Virus record (IMG/VR): IMGVR_UViG_3300010011_000004
Coordinates: 1 to 64,000 of that record
Direction: 5' to 3' (one strand)
From: a virus
Lineage: Duplodnaviria; Caudoviricetes
DNA: 64,000 bases
In this document: positions 21,595 to 29,937 of the stretch, piece after piece
Layout: each line of letters opens with the position of its first letter
Numbering within the stretch: position 1 is the first letter of the stretch
The notes under the pieces: model-generated
Database searches by the model: none
Seen by the model: the letters and a program-made list of their open reading frames with translations, nothing else
What the model was told of the DNA's origin: nothing
Program-made: the position numbers and the translations under genes

Positions 21595-22950
21595 TTATAT
21601 TTTAACTTTTTTATTTTTCTTTCCAGTTATATCAACTATAGAAGGAGCTGACCATTCTTTAACTAATGCTCTGCTAAAATCAACATACATTCTCCAGCTT
21701 TCAGCTGCTACGCCGTCACGATTTTTGAATACATAAATAGTAGAATTATTTTGGGCATTGTCTGCTGGAGTAGCGTTAATGGTAACTCCACAATCAACTA
21801 TTCTGGCTATTCCATATGATTCAGCTATATTACCCTCCGTCAAAATCTTTCCTGATTCCAATCTCTCTAATGCATCTCTGTTTAATTGTGTAGCTGTAAC
21901 TATTGGAGTTTTAAATTCTATACCCAAGTTTCTTATTTGGTTATAAATAGAATCTAGTTCAAATCTTCTGTCGTTATAATGATGTGTAGATCTCATAATA
22001 TCAGCATAATCAATTATAATCAAATCTGGTACAAAATCTTTCACCATTTCCAATCTCTTGATAAATGTAGAGATATCCGCAGCAGTTACTGTGTCTGATG
22101 GATAACGTTTAATAATCAACCTACCAATATGGTTGCTTAATACTTCTTTAAGCTTTTCGATAGCTTTCTTTGAATTAAGCTCTTCTTTAGTCAGTCCAAG
22201 CAGGCGCATATCATATCTCTGTGCGGTTATTTCCTGAGACATTTCCAATGTAATGTGCAAGACGTTCTTCTTCTGAAGCAATACATTAGCGCCAACATTG
22301 ACAAGATACATAGATTTTCCACAATGAGCTGGACCAGCGAATGTAAAAACTTCACCAACTCCAAATCCGCCAAACACCTCATCAAATTTAGCCCAACCAG
22401 TTGATATCCTAGGTATTTCTCTATTTTCTTTTCTTCTTAACCAACGGTTAACAATTTCCTCGTCATCATAAACATCTACGCCAAAATCATCTAATGATGC
22501 TCCAATAGTCAGCGCTTGTTCTATTCTCTCCTTAACGTTGTAGTGTTTTTTCGGATCGCCAAGATCATCAATTGATTCATATATGGCCTTTTTAAGTGCT
22601 TGACAGCTAATGAAGTTTCTAATGCTTTCTTCTATATATTGAAGTGTAGATGAAGATATCCTTTTATGATTGTATATCTCATTTAGTGTATCGTCTAATG
22701 TATCCGAGGAATATTTTGAAGATACTAATTCTCTAAGCGCTTCTTTGGTCGGCATGCCTTTATACGCCGAATAAAAATCTTGTAATCCTTTAAATATTAC
22801 CGAGTACTCGGCGATATCAAAATATCTATGATCAGTTATAACACCTAGCCGCTCAAATATTTTTGGTTCTTGTATCATAGCGGCTATTATTTGTTTCTGG
22901 AACTCCGGTGAAAATGAAAAAGTATCTGGGTTCCAACCATCTATAGCCAT
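21595..22950 (-). CDS. gp41: Replicative DNA helicase (DnaB / T4 gp41-like)
   Basis: Walker A GPAHCGKS, ITLEMS, IIIDYADIM, TATQLNR, AESYG, KNRDG. Confidence 0.93.
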   Translation of the reverse strand: MAIDGWNPDTFSFSPEFQKQIIAAMIQEPKIFERLGVITDHRYFDIAEYSVIFKGLQDFYSAYKGMPTKEALRELVSSKYSSDTLDDTLNEIYNHKRISSSTLQYIEESIRNFISCQALKKAIYESIDDLGDPKKHYNVKERIEQALTIGASLDDFGVDVYDDEEIVNRWLRRKENREIPRISTGWAKFDEVFGGFGVGEVFTFAGPAHCGKSMYLVNVGANVLLQKKNVLHITLEMSQEITAQRYDMRLLGLTKEELNSKKAIEKLKEVLSNHIGRLIIKRYPSDTVTAADISTFIKRLEMVKDFVPDLIIIDYADIMRSTHHYNDRRFELDSIYNQIRNLGIEFKTPIVTATQLNRDALERLESGKILTEGNIAESYGIARIVDCGVTINATPADNAQNNSTIYVFKNRDGVAAESWRMYVDFSRALVKEWSAPSIVDITGKKNKKVKI

Positions 22951-22962
22951 AATATCACCCTT

Positions 22963-23613
22963 CTAACAATTAAATATTAATGCTAAATTTTCCGGCGTAA
23001 TTTCAGATTCATCTAACTCTTTAACTTTATCGATAAACTCTTGTTCGAATTCACCCCTAAATATATCCAATATTTCATGATACGAGATATTAGAATTTAA
23101 GCTTTTTAATTTAAAAAGACTATTTATGTTTGATTGAAGTGAAGGTGTTAGTCGATAAAAATCTTCAGATCTTTTACTCAATAAATGTTTATTCAATTCA
23201 TACTGTAATCTTTCTTTCTCTTTGAATTTATAAAACATGGGGATCATCTTAGTAGAAAATATTATACTACTTAACGGAATCTTTCTATCTGGCATATTTA
23301 TATACAGCGATATATCATACCAATTTCTAAACATAACATTTAAATATTCAGTCAAATCTAGGTCTACTGCTTCTTTCACAAATTTAAGTATTTGTTTCCA
23401 TACCGATTTTGACTGAATATATTCATTGATTGTTATGTATTTTTTTGGGATTTTAGATATGTCTGTTTTTGGTACTGGTATACGTCCACTAAAAGATTTG
23501 GTGTATTGATACAGAAGTTTATTATACATTTTAGTTATCTTTTCAAGCACTTGTAAATTTAACTTATCTTTATTTAGCTTTTGCGACAGAAATATGTTAC
23601 TCATCGTATACAT
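22963..23613 (-). CDS. Hypothetical protein between sigma factor and helicase
   Basis: 216-aa ORF in operon; no motif recognised. Confidence 0.55.
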   Translation of the reverse strand: MYTMSNIFLSQKLNKDKLNLQVLEKITKMYNKLLYQYTKSFSGRIPVPKTDISKIPKKYITINEYIQSKSVWKQILKFVKEAVDLDLTEYLNVMFRNWYDISLYINMPDRKIPLSSIIFSTKMIPMFYKFKEKERLQYELNKHLLSKRSEDFYRLTPSLQSNINSLFKLKSLNSNISYHEILDIFRGEFEQEFIDKVKELDESEITPENLALIFNC

Positions 23614-24544
23614 ACCTCCGCTCTATCAAAAAATTTATAAAATAAACCAGATCATCAACATCATAATATCTGGCTAAATTTTCTTTCTTTAGTTTAGTTT
23701 TTGTTATTTTTCTAACATACCCTATCATCCGTGGCGATAATCTTCCATTATACATCACGTCATTTTCATTTTTACTCAATTTACCAGAATATCTTTTTTC
23801 AAGATACAATAATATATTATCGACCAACACTTGTAAACTGCTGATCAAATTAAAATAAAACATTTTTTCTGAAATTAATGTTACATTGTATTTGTTGGTG
23901 AAATCAAAGTTAACATCCGGAGATAAGCGTATGTCCTCGATCAATTTATCTATAACTTCAGGATTATGTATATAAAATAGCAAAGTTTCTTTTAGATTAC
24001 GAAGATATTTGTATATTATTATACATGTATCTTCAACTGTTAAAGTAACATTTTTTGGTGATGGATTTAATTTTAACTCTGAGTTTAAATCTGATGTTTC
24101 ATTTATAACCAGATCTAGATCTTTTATGCTTGAAGCTAGCACGACATTATCTACATCGACGTTTGGATCATCGATGGAAAATATAATATCAGTATATGAT
24201 TGCTCTCTATCTTTTATTTTCCTAGAATTTCTATAATATTTCATTAATGTATTTTTAGCAATTCTATTCATATAAGCGAATAGTCTACCTTTATCTGGGT
24301 CATATCTATCTAATGCTTTCAATATTTCCATAAAGCATTCAATTATAGCATCTTTTTTGCTGTTTTGAATATGGTGATTATAGCTAAACTGTTTGGTAAT
24401 CATTCCGTCTATTAAACTTAAAATACCTGGTTGTATCTTCTTAAAACTATCATTATCTCTGCGTTTTTGGTATTCTTTAACTAATTCAATCATTTCCTTC
24501 TCTTTAAAGTAATTACCTTTAGCCTTAATCGATTTTACCTGCAT
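23597..24544 (-). CDS. Phage RNA polymerase sigma factor (gp55-like)
   Basis: NYFKEKEM...DAIIECFMEILKALDRYDPDKGRLFAYMNRIAKN resembles sigma region 2; RBS AGGAGG. Confidence 0.75.
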   Translation of the reverse strand: MQVKSIKAKGNYFKEKEMIELVKEYQKRRDNDSFKKIQPGILSLIDGMITKQFSYNHHIQNSKKDAIIECFMEILKALDRYDPDKGRLFAYMNRIAKNTLMKYYRNSRKIKDREQSYTDIIFSIDDPNVDVDNVVLASSIKDLDLVINETSDLNSELKLNPSPKNVTLTVEDTCIIIYKYLRNLKETLLFYIHNPEVIDKLIEDIRLSPDVNFDFTNKYNVTLISEKMFYFNLISSLQVLVDNILLYLEKRYSGKLSKNENDVMYNGRLSPRMIGYVRKITKTKLKKENLARYYDVDDLVYFINFLIERRYVYDE

Positions 24545-24742
24545 CTGCAAACTCCTCCTATACGTGGTGTAATAAAATATATTATACTACATATAGCATC
24601 AAATGTAAACATCAGAATATATTTGTGTTTGTTAACTTTAAATGTGATGATTATTTAGCCTTAATTCCAACAATATATTATACAATCTGAATTGATTTAT
24701 AGTTATAGTTCTGAAGAATCAATTTTATTAAATTTGTATAGT

Positions 24743-24835
24743 ACTTGAGGATCATTTTTTATTTGATAATATATTATTTTAATTAGCTAAATATTTTAGT
24801 GCACTCTTTCAACATATGACTTAAGGATCATTTTT
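24743..24835. repeat. 17-bp direct repeat ACTT(G/A)AGGATCATTTTT, two copies (24743-24759, 24819-24835)
   Basis: Read directly; one mismatch. Confidence 0.8.
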
Positions 24836-24896
24836 CATAAAAAAATATAGTACCGAGGAATTATCTTTTTGGTATATATTATACTGTATACTGGAA

Positions 24897-24916
24897 TATA
24901 GTTCCCAGGAACTATA
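24897..24916. repeat. Inverted repeat TATAGTTCC-CA-GGAACTATA
   Basis: Read directly. Confidence 0.85.
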
Positions 24917-25033
24917 CCATAGTACATATATGGTTCTAGAGATTCAATTTTCAGCATTTTTTTACCAATTAGCAACTTAAATTTGAGTGCGGATAAGTTA
25001 AATATAGCTACCAAAAGCTAATAATTTAAAAGC

Positions 25034-25097
25034 TATAGCTATTAAATACCAAATATATTAGATACTATAAATATTAAATACTATAGCTATTAAATAC
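25034..25097. repeat. Four tandem 16-bp repeats, consensus TATAGCTATTAAATAC (iteron-like)
   Basis: Units at 25034, 25050, 25066 and 25082; first and last identical, middle two degenerate. Confidence 0.85.
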
Positions 25098-25106
25098 CAG
25101 AATTAT

Positions 25107-25146
25107 AATCGATTGATTATCAGGTATACCTGATAATCAATCGATT
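25107..25146. repeat. Perfect 40-bp palindrome AATCGATTGATTATCAGGTATACCTGATAATCAATCGATT
   Basis: Equals its own reverse complement (checked base by base). Confidence 0.97.
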
Positions 25147-25184
25147 GCTAGCAAGTAACTAGCTAGCTAGTTACTTGCTAGCAA
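25145..25184. repeat. Perfect 40-bp palindrome TTGCTAGCAAGTAACTAGCTAGCTAGTTACTTGCTAGCAA
   Basis: Equals its own reverse complement; overlaps the previous palindrome by 2 nt. Confidence 0.97.
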
Positions 25185-25419
25185 CAGATAATATAATCTA
25201 TTAAGCTATAGATTCTTAATAATAATAACTAATTAAATATCCTAGGAATTTAGGAAATTATAAATTAGCGATAAATTAAAAAATAGCAAATTTTGTCATA
25301 AAAAATTGGCGGCAAATTTTAAATTTTAAATATTAAGCAAATATATTAAGAAGTAAAATTAAAAAGGGTAAAATAATTATGTTTAAAGGATTAACTAATA
25401 CACCATCTGATATATTCAA

Positions 25420-26879
25420 CAAAGAATCAGCAAGAATTCTCCCATCCTCTATAGGTGGGAGATGAATTGCTGAATAGTTGACAAAATATAAAAATAATAA
25501 TATAATAAGAATAGAAAGGTGGGTGAAAAAGTGATACGTTGCTTAAAAACTACATTCAAAACATCTAAAACCAATCTAAACAGATTATATGAATGTAATC
25601 GTATATCAGCGCAAATATGGAATGATTGTTTAGATATTGCTAAACAATACTCTCTTGCTAATGATGGTAAATGGATTAATAAAACAGAATTACAAAAAGC
25701 ATTAAAAAACAAATATCCACTACATTCTCAATCAATACAAGCAGTATGCCATAAATACTTATTTGCAAGAGACGCAGCACATAAAGCAAAACAACAAGGA
25801 TTGGACAATAAATATCCTTATAAAAAGAAAAAGCATTATAATACTAAGTGGGCTAAAGATGGTTTCAAAATATATGATAATGGCAGAATTGAATTAAGTA
25901 TGGGAATATGGAATGGAAAAAGACAACAACCTATTGTAGTGTATGTTAAAGAATTGCCGATTGGTAAAATAAAAGAAATTGAATTAATATATGACAGAGG
26001 ATTAAAATTATCATTAGCGTATGAAAATGGATTAATTGAAAGCATAAATAATAATAAAAACATAGCAGGGATAGACGTAGGAGAAATACACACAATTAGT
26101 TCATATTGTAAAAATGGTAATGCAATTATAATAACTGGACGTAAAGCAAGAAGTGTAAAAAGATTAAGAAATAAAAAGATAGCAGAATTACAAAGAAAAA
26201 TGAGCAAATGTAAGAAAGGTAGTAGAAAATGGAAAAAGTACAATAAAGCAAAGCAATATATATTATCTAAATCAGACAAACAATTAACCGACATACTTCA
26301 TAAAACCACAAAGCAATATGTAGATTGGTGTATTGAAAATAAAGTAAAAGAAGTAGTGATAGGTGATATTGAAGGAGTACAAAGGAATACTAAGAAGAAA
26401 AGAAATAGGAATACTAACCAAAAATTAAGCCAATGGCAATTTGGCAAATTATATAAATATTTGGAATACAAACTAAAAGCAAAAGGAATAAATATAATCA
26501 AAATAAACGAAGGATACACAACACAAACATGTCCTGTTTGTGGTAGAAGGAATAAAACTTCTACAAGAAATTATGTATGTAAATGTGGATATAAAGAGCA
26601 TAGAGACATACATGGAAGCAAAAATATATTATCTAAGTATAAATATAATGATATAAGGTACTTAGGAGAAACAAAAGAAATAAAGTATCTACGTATTGCT
26701 TAGGCAAGAAGTAGTAGAAGGTGTGAATTCACCCTATCGAAAGGTAGTTGCTTAGTTAGTGTATTGCTATACTTCCGTTGCTTGCAACGAAGATATGTAA
26801 CAACATATCTGTGAAGGTAGTAATACATGATGCTAAGAAACTCCAACCTCTAAGCGAAGCGTAGGTTGGAGAGGTTCAT
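25420..26879 (+). mobile_element. Non-autonomous IS200/IS605-family (IS1341-type) element: tnpB only, no tnpA
   Basis: Left-end hairpin AATTCTCCCATCCTCTATAGGTGGGAGATGAATT (~25435-25468); right-end hairpin CTCCAACCT...AGGTTGGAG followed by GGTTCA(T) (26841-26879); composition shifts to A-rich. Left boundary approximate. Confidence 0.88.
25531..26703 (+). CDS. tnpB: TnpB RNA-guided endonuclease
   Basis: HSQSIQAV, RuvC-I AGIDVGE, QW.FGKL..YLEYK, E.YTTQTCPVCG zinc ribbon, RuvC-III HRDIHGSKNI; GTG start at 25531. Confidence 0.95.
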   Translation: MIRCLKTTFKTSKTNLNRLYECNRISAQIWNDCLDIAKQYSLANDGKWINKTELQKALKNKYPLHSQSIQAVCHKYLFARDAAHKAKQQGLDNKYPYKKKKHYNTKWAKDGFKIYDNGRIELSMGIWNGKRQQPIVVYVKELPIGKIKEIELIYDRGLKLSLAYENGLIESINNNKNIAGIDVGEIHTISSYCKNGNAIIITGRKARSVKRLRNKKIAELQRKMSKCKKGSRKWKKYNKAKQYILSKSDKQLTDILHKTTKQYVDWCIENKVKEVVIGDIEGVQRNTKKKRNRNTNQKLSQWQFGKLYKYLEYKLKAKGINIIKINEGYTTQTCPVCGRRNKTSTRNYVCKCGYKEHRDIHGSKNILSKYKYNDIRYLGETKEIKYLRIA

Positions 26880-26899
26880 TAGTTTACAGACGACCACAT
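26690..26899 (+). ncRNA. Putative TnpB omegaRNA/reRNA (scaffold to ~26879, guide from the flank ~26880-26899)
   Basis: Structured non-coding stretch from the tnpB 3' end to the right end; location inferred from known TnpB architecture, boundaries approximate. Confidence 0.6.
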
Positions 26900-26911
26900 A
26901 TAGTATATAAT
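26883..26911 (+). promoter_or_regulatory. Sigma-A-like promoter TTTACA-N17-TATAAT
   Basis: Upstream of the clamp-loader operon; same pattern recurs at six other sites. Confidence 0.75.
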
Positions 26912-26977
26912 ACCATATAGATGCTGTGATAAAAAAAAAAAGAAATTTTAGGTATCACAGACAGGAGGTTATCTCAA

Positions 26978-27943
26978 TTGGACGGAATAAAGGAAGAGAG
27001 TATTGGTAAAAATGCAGCTGTATTGCTAGAAAAAATCCATTCATTGTGGGTCGAAAAATATCGACCCAAAAATATTAATGAATTAGCTGCTAGTAAAGAA
27101 ATTAAAAGATTTCTAACAAAAGTAATTGCTGATCAAGATATTCCACATATTCTTCTGCACGGAAAACCTGGTACGGGCAAAAATTCCATTGTTAACATTA
27201 TTATTAATAACATTAATTGTTCAAAACTTATTATCAATGCTTCTGAAGAGAGAGGTATTGATACAATACGTGACAAAGTAATGGCATTCGCTAATTCTTC
27301 TGCTTGGGGCAATAAGCTAAAAATAATCGTGTTAAATGAAGCCGATGGTCTTAATTATGTCGCCCAAGATTCTCTACGCGAGTTAATGGAAACATCGAGT
27401 AAATATTGCAGGTTTATTTTAACTTGTAATTCCATTAACAAAATCAATGAAGCAATTAGAAGTAGATGCGTTGAATTTGAAACACATGTTGAACTATTAG
27501 ATGCTGCTAAAAGGTTAGTTGAGATTTTAGAAGCCGAAAACGTTGAATTTGACGAAGATTATATCATCGCTGTAGTCAAGAAATATAATTGCGATTTACG
27601 CAAAATAATCAATGAATCACAGAAGCTATATAATACGCATGGTAAATTAACTAGATCCATTTTAGAATCAGATTTAGTTGATCGTTACGATAAATTATTC
27701 GACGATATTTTTACAAAAACCACTACTGTTAAAGATATAGCTAATGCTACTAAAAAATATATTTTTGATGAGAGTATATATACATCGCTTAAAGATTACT
27801 TTATTAAGAAGTATGAAGATTTACCAGATGCTATTATTATAATTGCTGAATATGCTTATAAATCGCGAATTGTTTTAGATAAGGATTTGGTGTTTTTAAG
27901 TTGTATTCTTGAATTAAAGGAAGTTATTAATAATAAATCATAA
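26978..27943 (+). CDS. gp44: Clamp loader AAA+ subunit (RFC small / gp44-like)
   Basis: LWVEKYRP, GKPGTGK, INASEERGIDTIR, LNEADGL, ILTCN, IRSRC, DLRKIIN; TTG start with RBS AGGAGG. Confidence 0.95.
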   Translation: MDGIKEESIGKNAAVLLEKIHSLWVEKYRPKNINELAASKEIKRFLTKVIADQDIPHILLHGKPGTGKNSIVNIIINNINCSKLIINASEERGIDTIRDKVMAFANSSAWGNKLKIIVLNEADGLNYVAQDSLRELMETSSKYCRFILTCNSINKINEAIRSRCVEFETHVELLDAAKRLVEILEAENVEFDEDYIIAVVKKYNCDLRKIINESQKLYNTHGKLTRSILESDLVDRYDKLFDDIFTKTTTVKDIANATKKYIFDESIYTSLKDYFIKKYEDLPDAIIIIAEYAYKSRIVLDKDLVFLSCILELKEVINNKS

Positions 27944-27959
27944 TAGGAGGAATGATTAA

Positions 27960-29015
27960 ATGAATACATATGAAGCATTAATCAGAACTTTAAAGTATCA
28001 AGGTTGGATATCCAGTCCAAGAGGGCAAGAGATAAGAGAACTACTTGGTCGTGATTTAATAGTTACTGATCATGATGTATTAATCGATTCCGTTCATAGA
28101 AATACAGTTGATCCAACGACTCCAGAAGGTAAATATTTAAGAGCAGAATTTATGTGGTATATGTCTGGTAATTTAGATCCAGATTATATATCACGTTTTG
28201 GTAAGATGTGGAATTCGCTTAAAAATGTAAACAGTTATTCTTCTATTCAAGCGTTTGTAAATAAAGTTAATTCGAACTATGGTTATCATGTTTTTTGGAA
28301 ACCAGTTATTGAAGCACCTATCTATAAATCTGGAATAATGCATGATATTAAAAATAGTCCTTTTGAATATGTGATAAAAACATTAAGCAAAGATATATTT
28401 AGTAGACAAGCTATAATACAATACACACTTTCTAATATATATGAAGAAGGTGTTAATGATTTTACATGTACGCAAAATCAGCATTTTTTAGTTAGGAACA
28501 ATTATCTTTATAATCTTGTGCATATTAGATCTTCTGATGCTGTTAAAGGATTAACTTTTGATATTCCTTGGTGGGATATAGTTGGTCAATTCGTTGCCGG
28601 AACATTGAATGTCAATTATAATGGTCTTTATGTATTTATTGGTAGCGCACATTTTTATGAAAAAGATCTAGATCTGATAAATAATCTTTTGGAAGATGGA
28701 GTAAAATGGCGTGGATTAATATTAAGACCAAAGTGTGAATTAATTGATAACATGAAGAAAATTATAGATAGTATGTGTGAATATGCAGTTGCAACGTTTA
28801 ATCGTCAGGTATATACAGATATATTACTGCTTAATGATTATTATTTTAGATTAGTTAATATACAAAAATCTGGTAATATTTCACTTAAAGATATAATAAC
28901 TTCTTATTTACATATTGCTAGTAAATTTGTAGACTTAACCACAAATTATGTTGTAGATAATGCTACATGTGAGCATTTTAATAATGTGTTATTTGATTCT
29001 ATTTTTTGTTATTAA
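27960..29015 (+). CDS. gp42: dCMP hydroxymethylase-like enzyme (thymidylate-synthase fold, T4 gp42-like)
   Basis: RAEFMWY, VNSNYG, catalytic DFTCT, RSSDAVKGLTFDIPW (Asp at the pyrimidine-specificity position), GSAHFY. Confidence 0.8.
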   Translation: MNTYEALIRTLKYQGWISSPRGQEIRELLGRDLIVTDHDVLIDSVHRNTVDPTTPEGKYLRAEFMWYMSGNLDPDYISRFGKMWNSLKNVNSYSSIQAFVNKVNSNYGYHVFWKPVIEAPIYKSGIMHDIKNSPFEYVIKTLSKDIFSRQAIIQYTLSNIYEEGVNDFTCTQNQHFLVRNNYLYNLVHIRSSDAVKGLTFDIPWWDIVGQFVAGTLNVNYNGLYVFIGSAHFYEKDLDLINNLLEDGVKWRGLILRPKCELIDNMKKIIDSMCEYAVATFNRQVYTDILLLNDYYFRLVNIQKSGNISLKDIITSYLHIASKFVDLTTNYVVDNATCEHFNNVLFDSIFCY

Positions 29016-29054
29016 TTGATAGAACTTAGTTATAATAAGAGAGGAATGATATAA

Positions 29055-29840
29055 ATGACAGAAAAAATAATATTAAATTCTGATGGTATAAAAAGCTTAA
29101 AAAATTTATTATCTTTATGTCCAGATACGTTCTCTAGTGTACCTGTAAAATTTATTAAGGAAGATGGGGTAAGTTTTATATCGATTGAAGTAATCGATAT
29201 AAATGGAGATATAGTATTTTCTGGAAAAACTTTAATTGACGATATAGCAGATATTGAAGATAATTCTGGCTTAATAATAAGATTACCGCTTAACCGAGGA
29301 TTAATAAATAATATACTTTCAAATTTTGAAGAATTGATCATAACAAAAAATAAGATTACTGCTAAAAGCCCAAATAAAAAATTGACAATGTCGTTATTTT
29401 TGATAGATGAGAACGATATTTTTGAATTTCCGCATACAAACACAGGGCTATACGAATTAGCAGTAACGGAAAACTCAGCCGAAAATTCAAAATTTGTAGC
29501 TTTCGACCCAGATTTAGAACAAATAAAAGAATTACTTGATACTATCTCATTTTTTTCAGATTTAGAGCTAATAGAATTTAAAGAAAAAAATAATAAGCTT
29601 ATTATTACAAGTGGAGATATAATAGGAAATGAATTTGAATTTAGATTTGATGTCGATGTTGAACCTGGATTTACATGTAAATTTGATACAAATTTAGTAA
29701 AAGTTTTAAGTAAAGTTATAAAATACAAAAATGATGATTCATATGGAATAAATTTTCTTATAAGTGATTTGCTGTTCGGTATAACATTAGAAAATGATAA
29801 ATCACTTGTTACTTTAGCTGTTACTGCCAGAAGAGACTAA
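29055..29840 (+). CDS. Sliding clamp (PCNA/gp45-like)
   Basis: 261-aa acidic protein in the clamp-loader operon; C-terminal FDTNLVKVL...LAVTARRD resembles the PCNA C-terminus. Confidence 0.6.
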   Translation: MTEKIILNSDGIKSLKNLLSLCPDTFSSVPVKFIKEDGVSFISIEVIDINGDIVFSGKTLIDDIADIEDNSGLIIRLPLNRGLINNILSNFEELIITKNKITAKSPNKKLTMSLFLIDENDIFEFPHTNTGLYELAVTENSAENSKFVAFDPDLEQIKELLDTISFFSDLELIEFKEKNNKLIITSGDIIGNEFEFRFDVDVEPGFTCKFDTNLVKVLSKVIKYKNDDSYGINFLISDLLFGITLENDKSLVTLAVTARRD

Positions 29841-29856
29841 TTATAACTTAACACTA

Positions 29857-29885
29857 TTTACATTAAAATGGTAATATTATATAAT
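29857..29885 (+). promoter_or_regulatory. Promoter TTTACA-N17-TATAAT
   Basis: Read directly upstream of the exonuclease gene. Confidence 0.7.
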
Positions 29886-29919
29886 ATAAGAGTAGCCGAT
29901 TGGTTACTCTTATATTTTT
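29883..29919 (+). terminator. Hairpin AATATAAGAGTAGCC-GATT-GGTTACTCTTATATT plus T run
   Basis: Long stem with one G-U pair after the clamp gene; overlaps the promoter above. Confidence 0.55.
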
Positions 29920-29937
29920 AATTAAAGGAGAACACAT

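Noticed and set aside
25034-25184. Possible CRISPR mini-array
   Set aside because: Repeats are contiguous with no unique spacers; no cas genes in the window.
25107-25184. Firm call as a hairpin-telomere (protelomerase) site
   Set aside because: No protelomerase recognised in the window, and T4-like packaging is normally headful; kept only as one hypothesis.
27960-29015. Annotation as ordinary thymidylate synthase ThyA
   Set aside because: Asp rather than Asn at the specificity position, gp42-like flanking motifs, and ThyX is already present.
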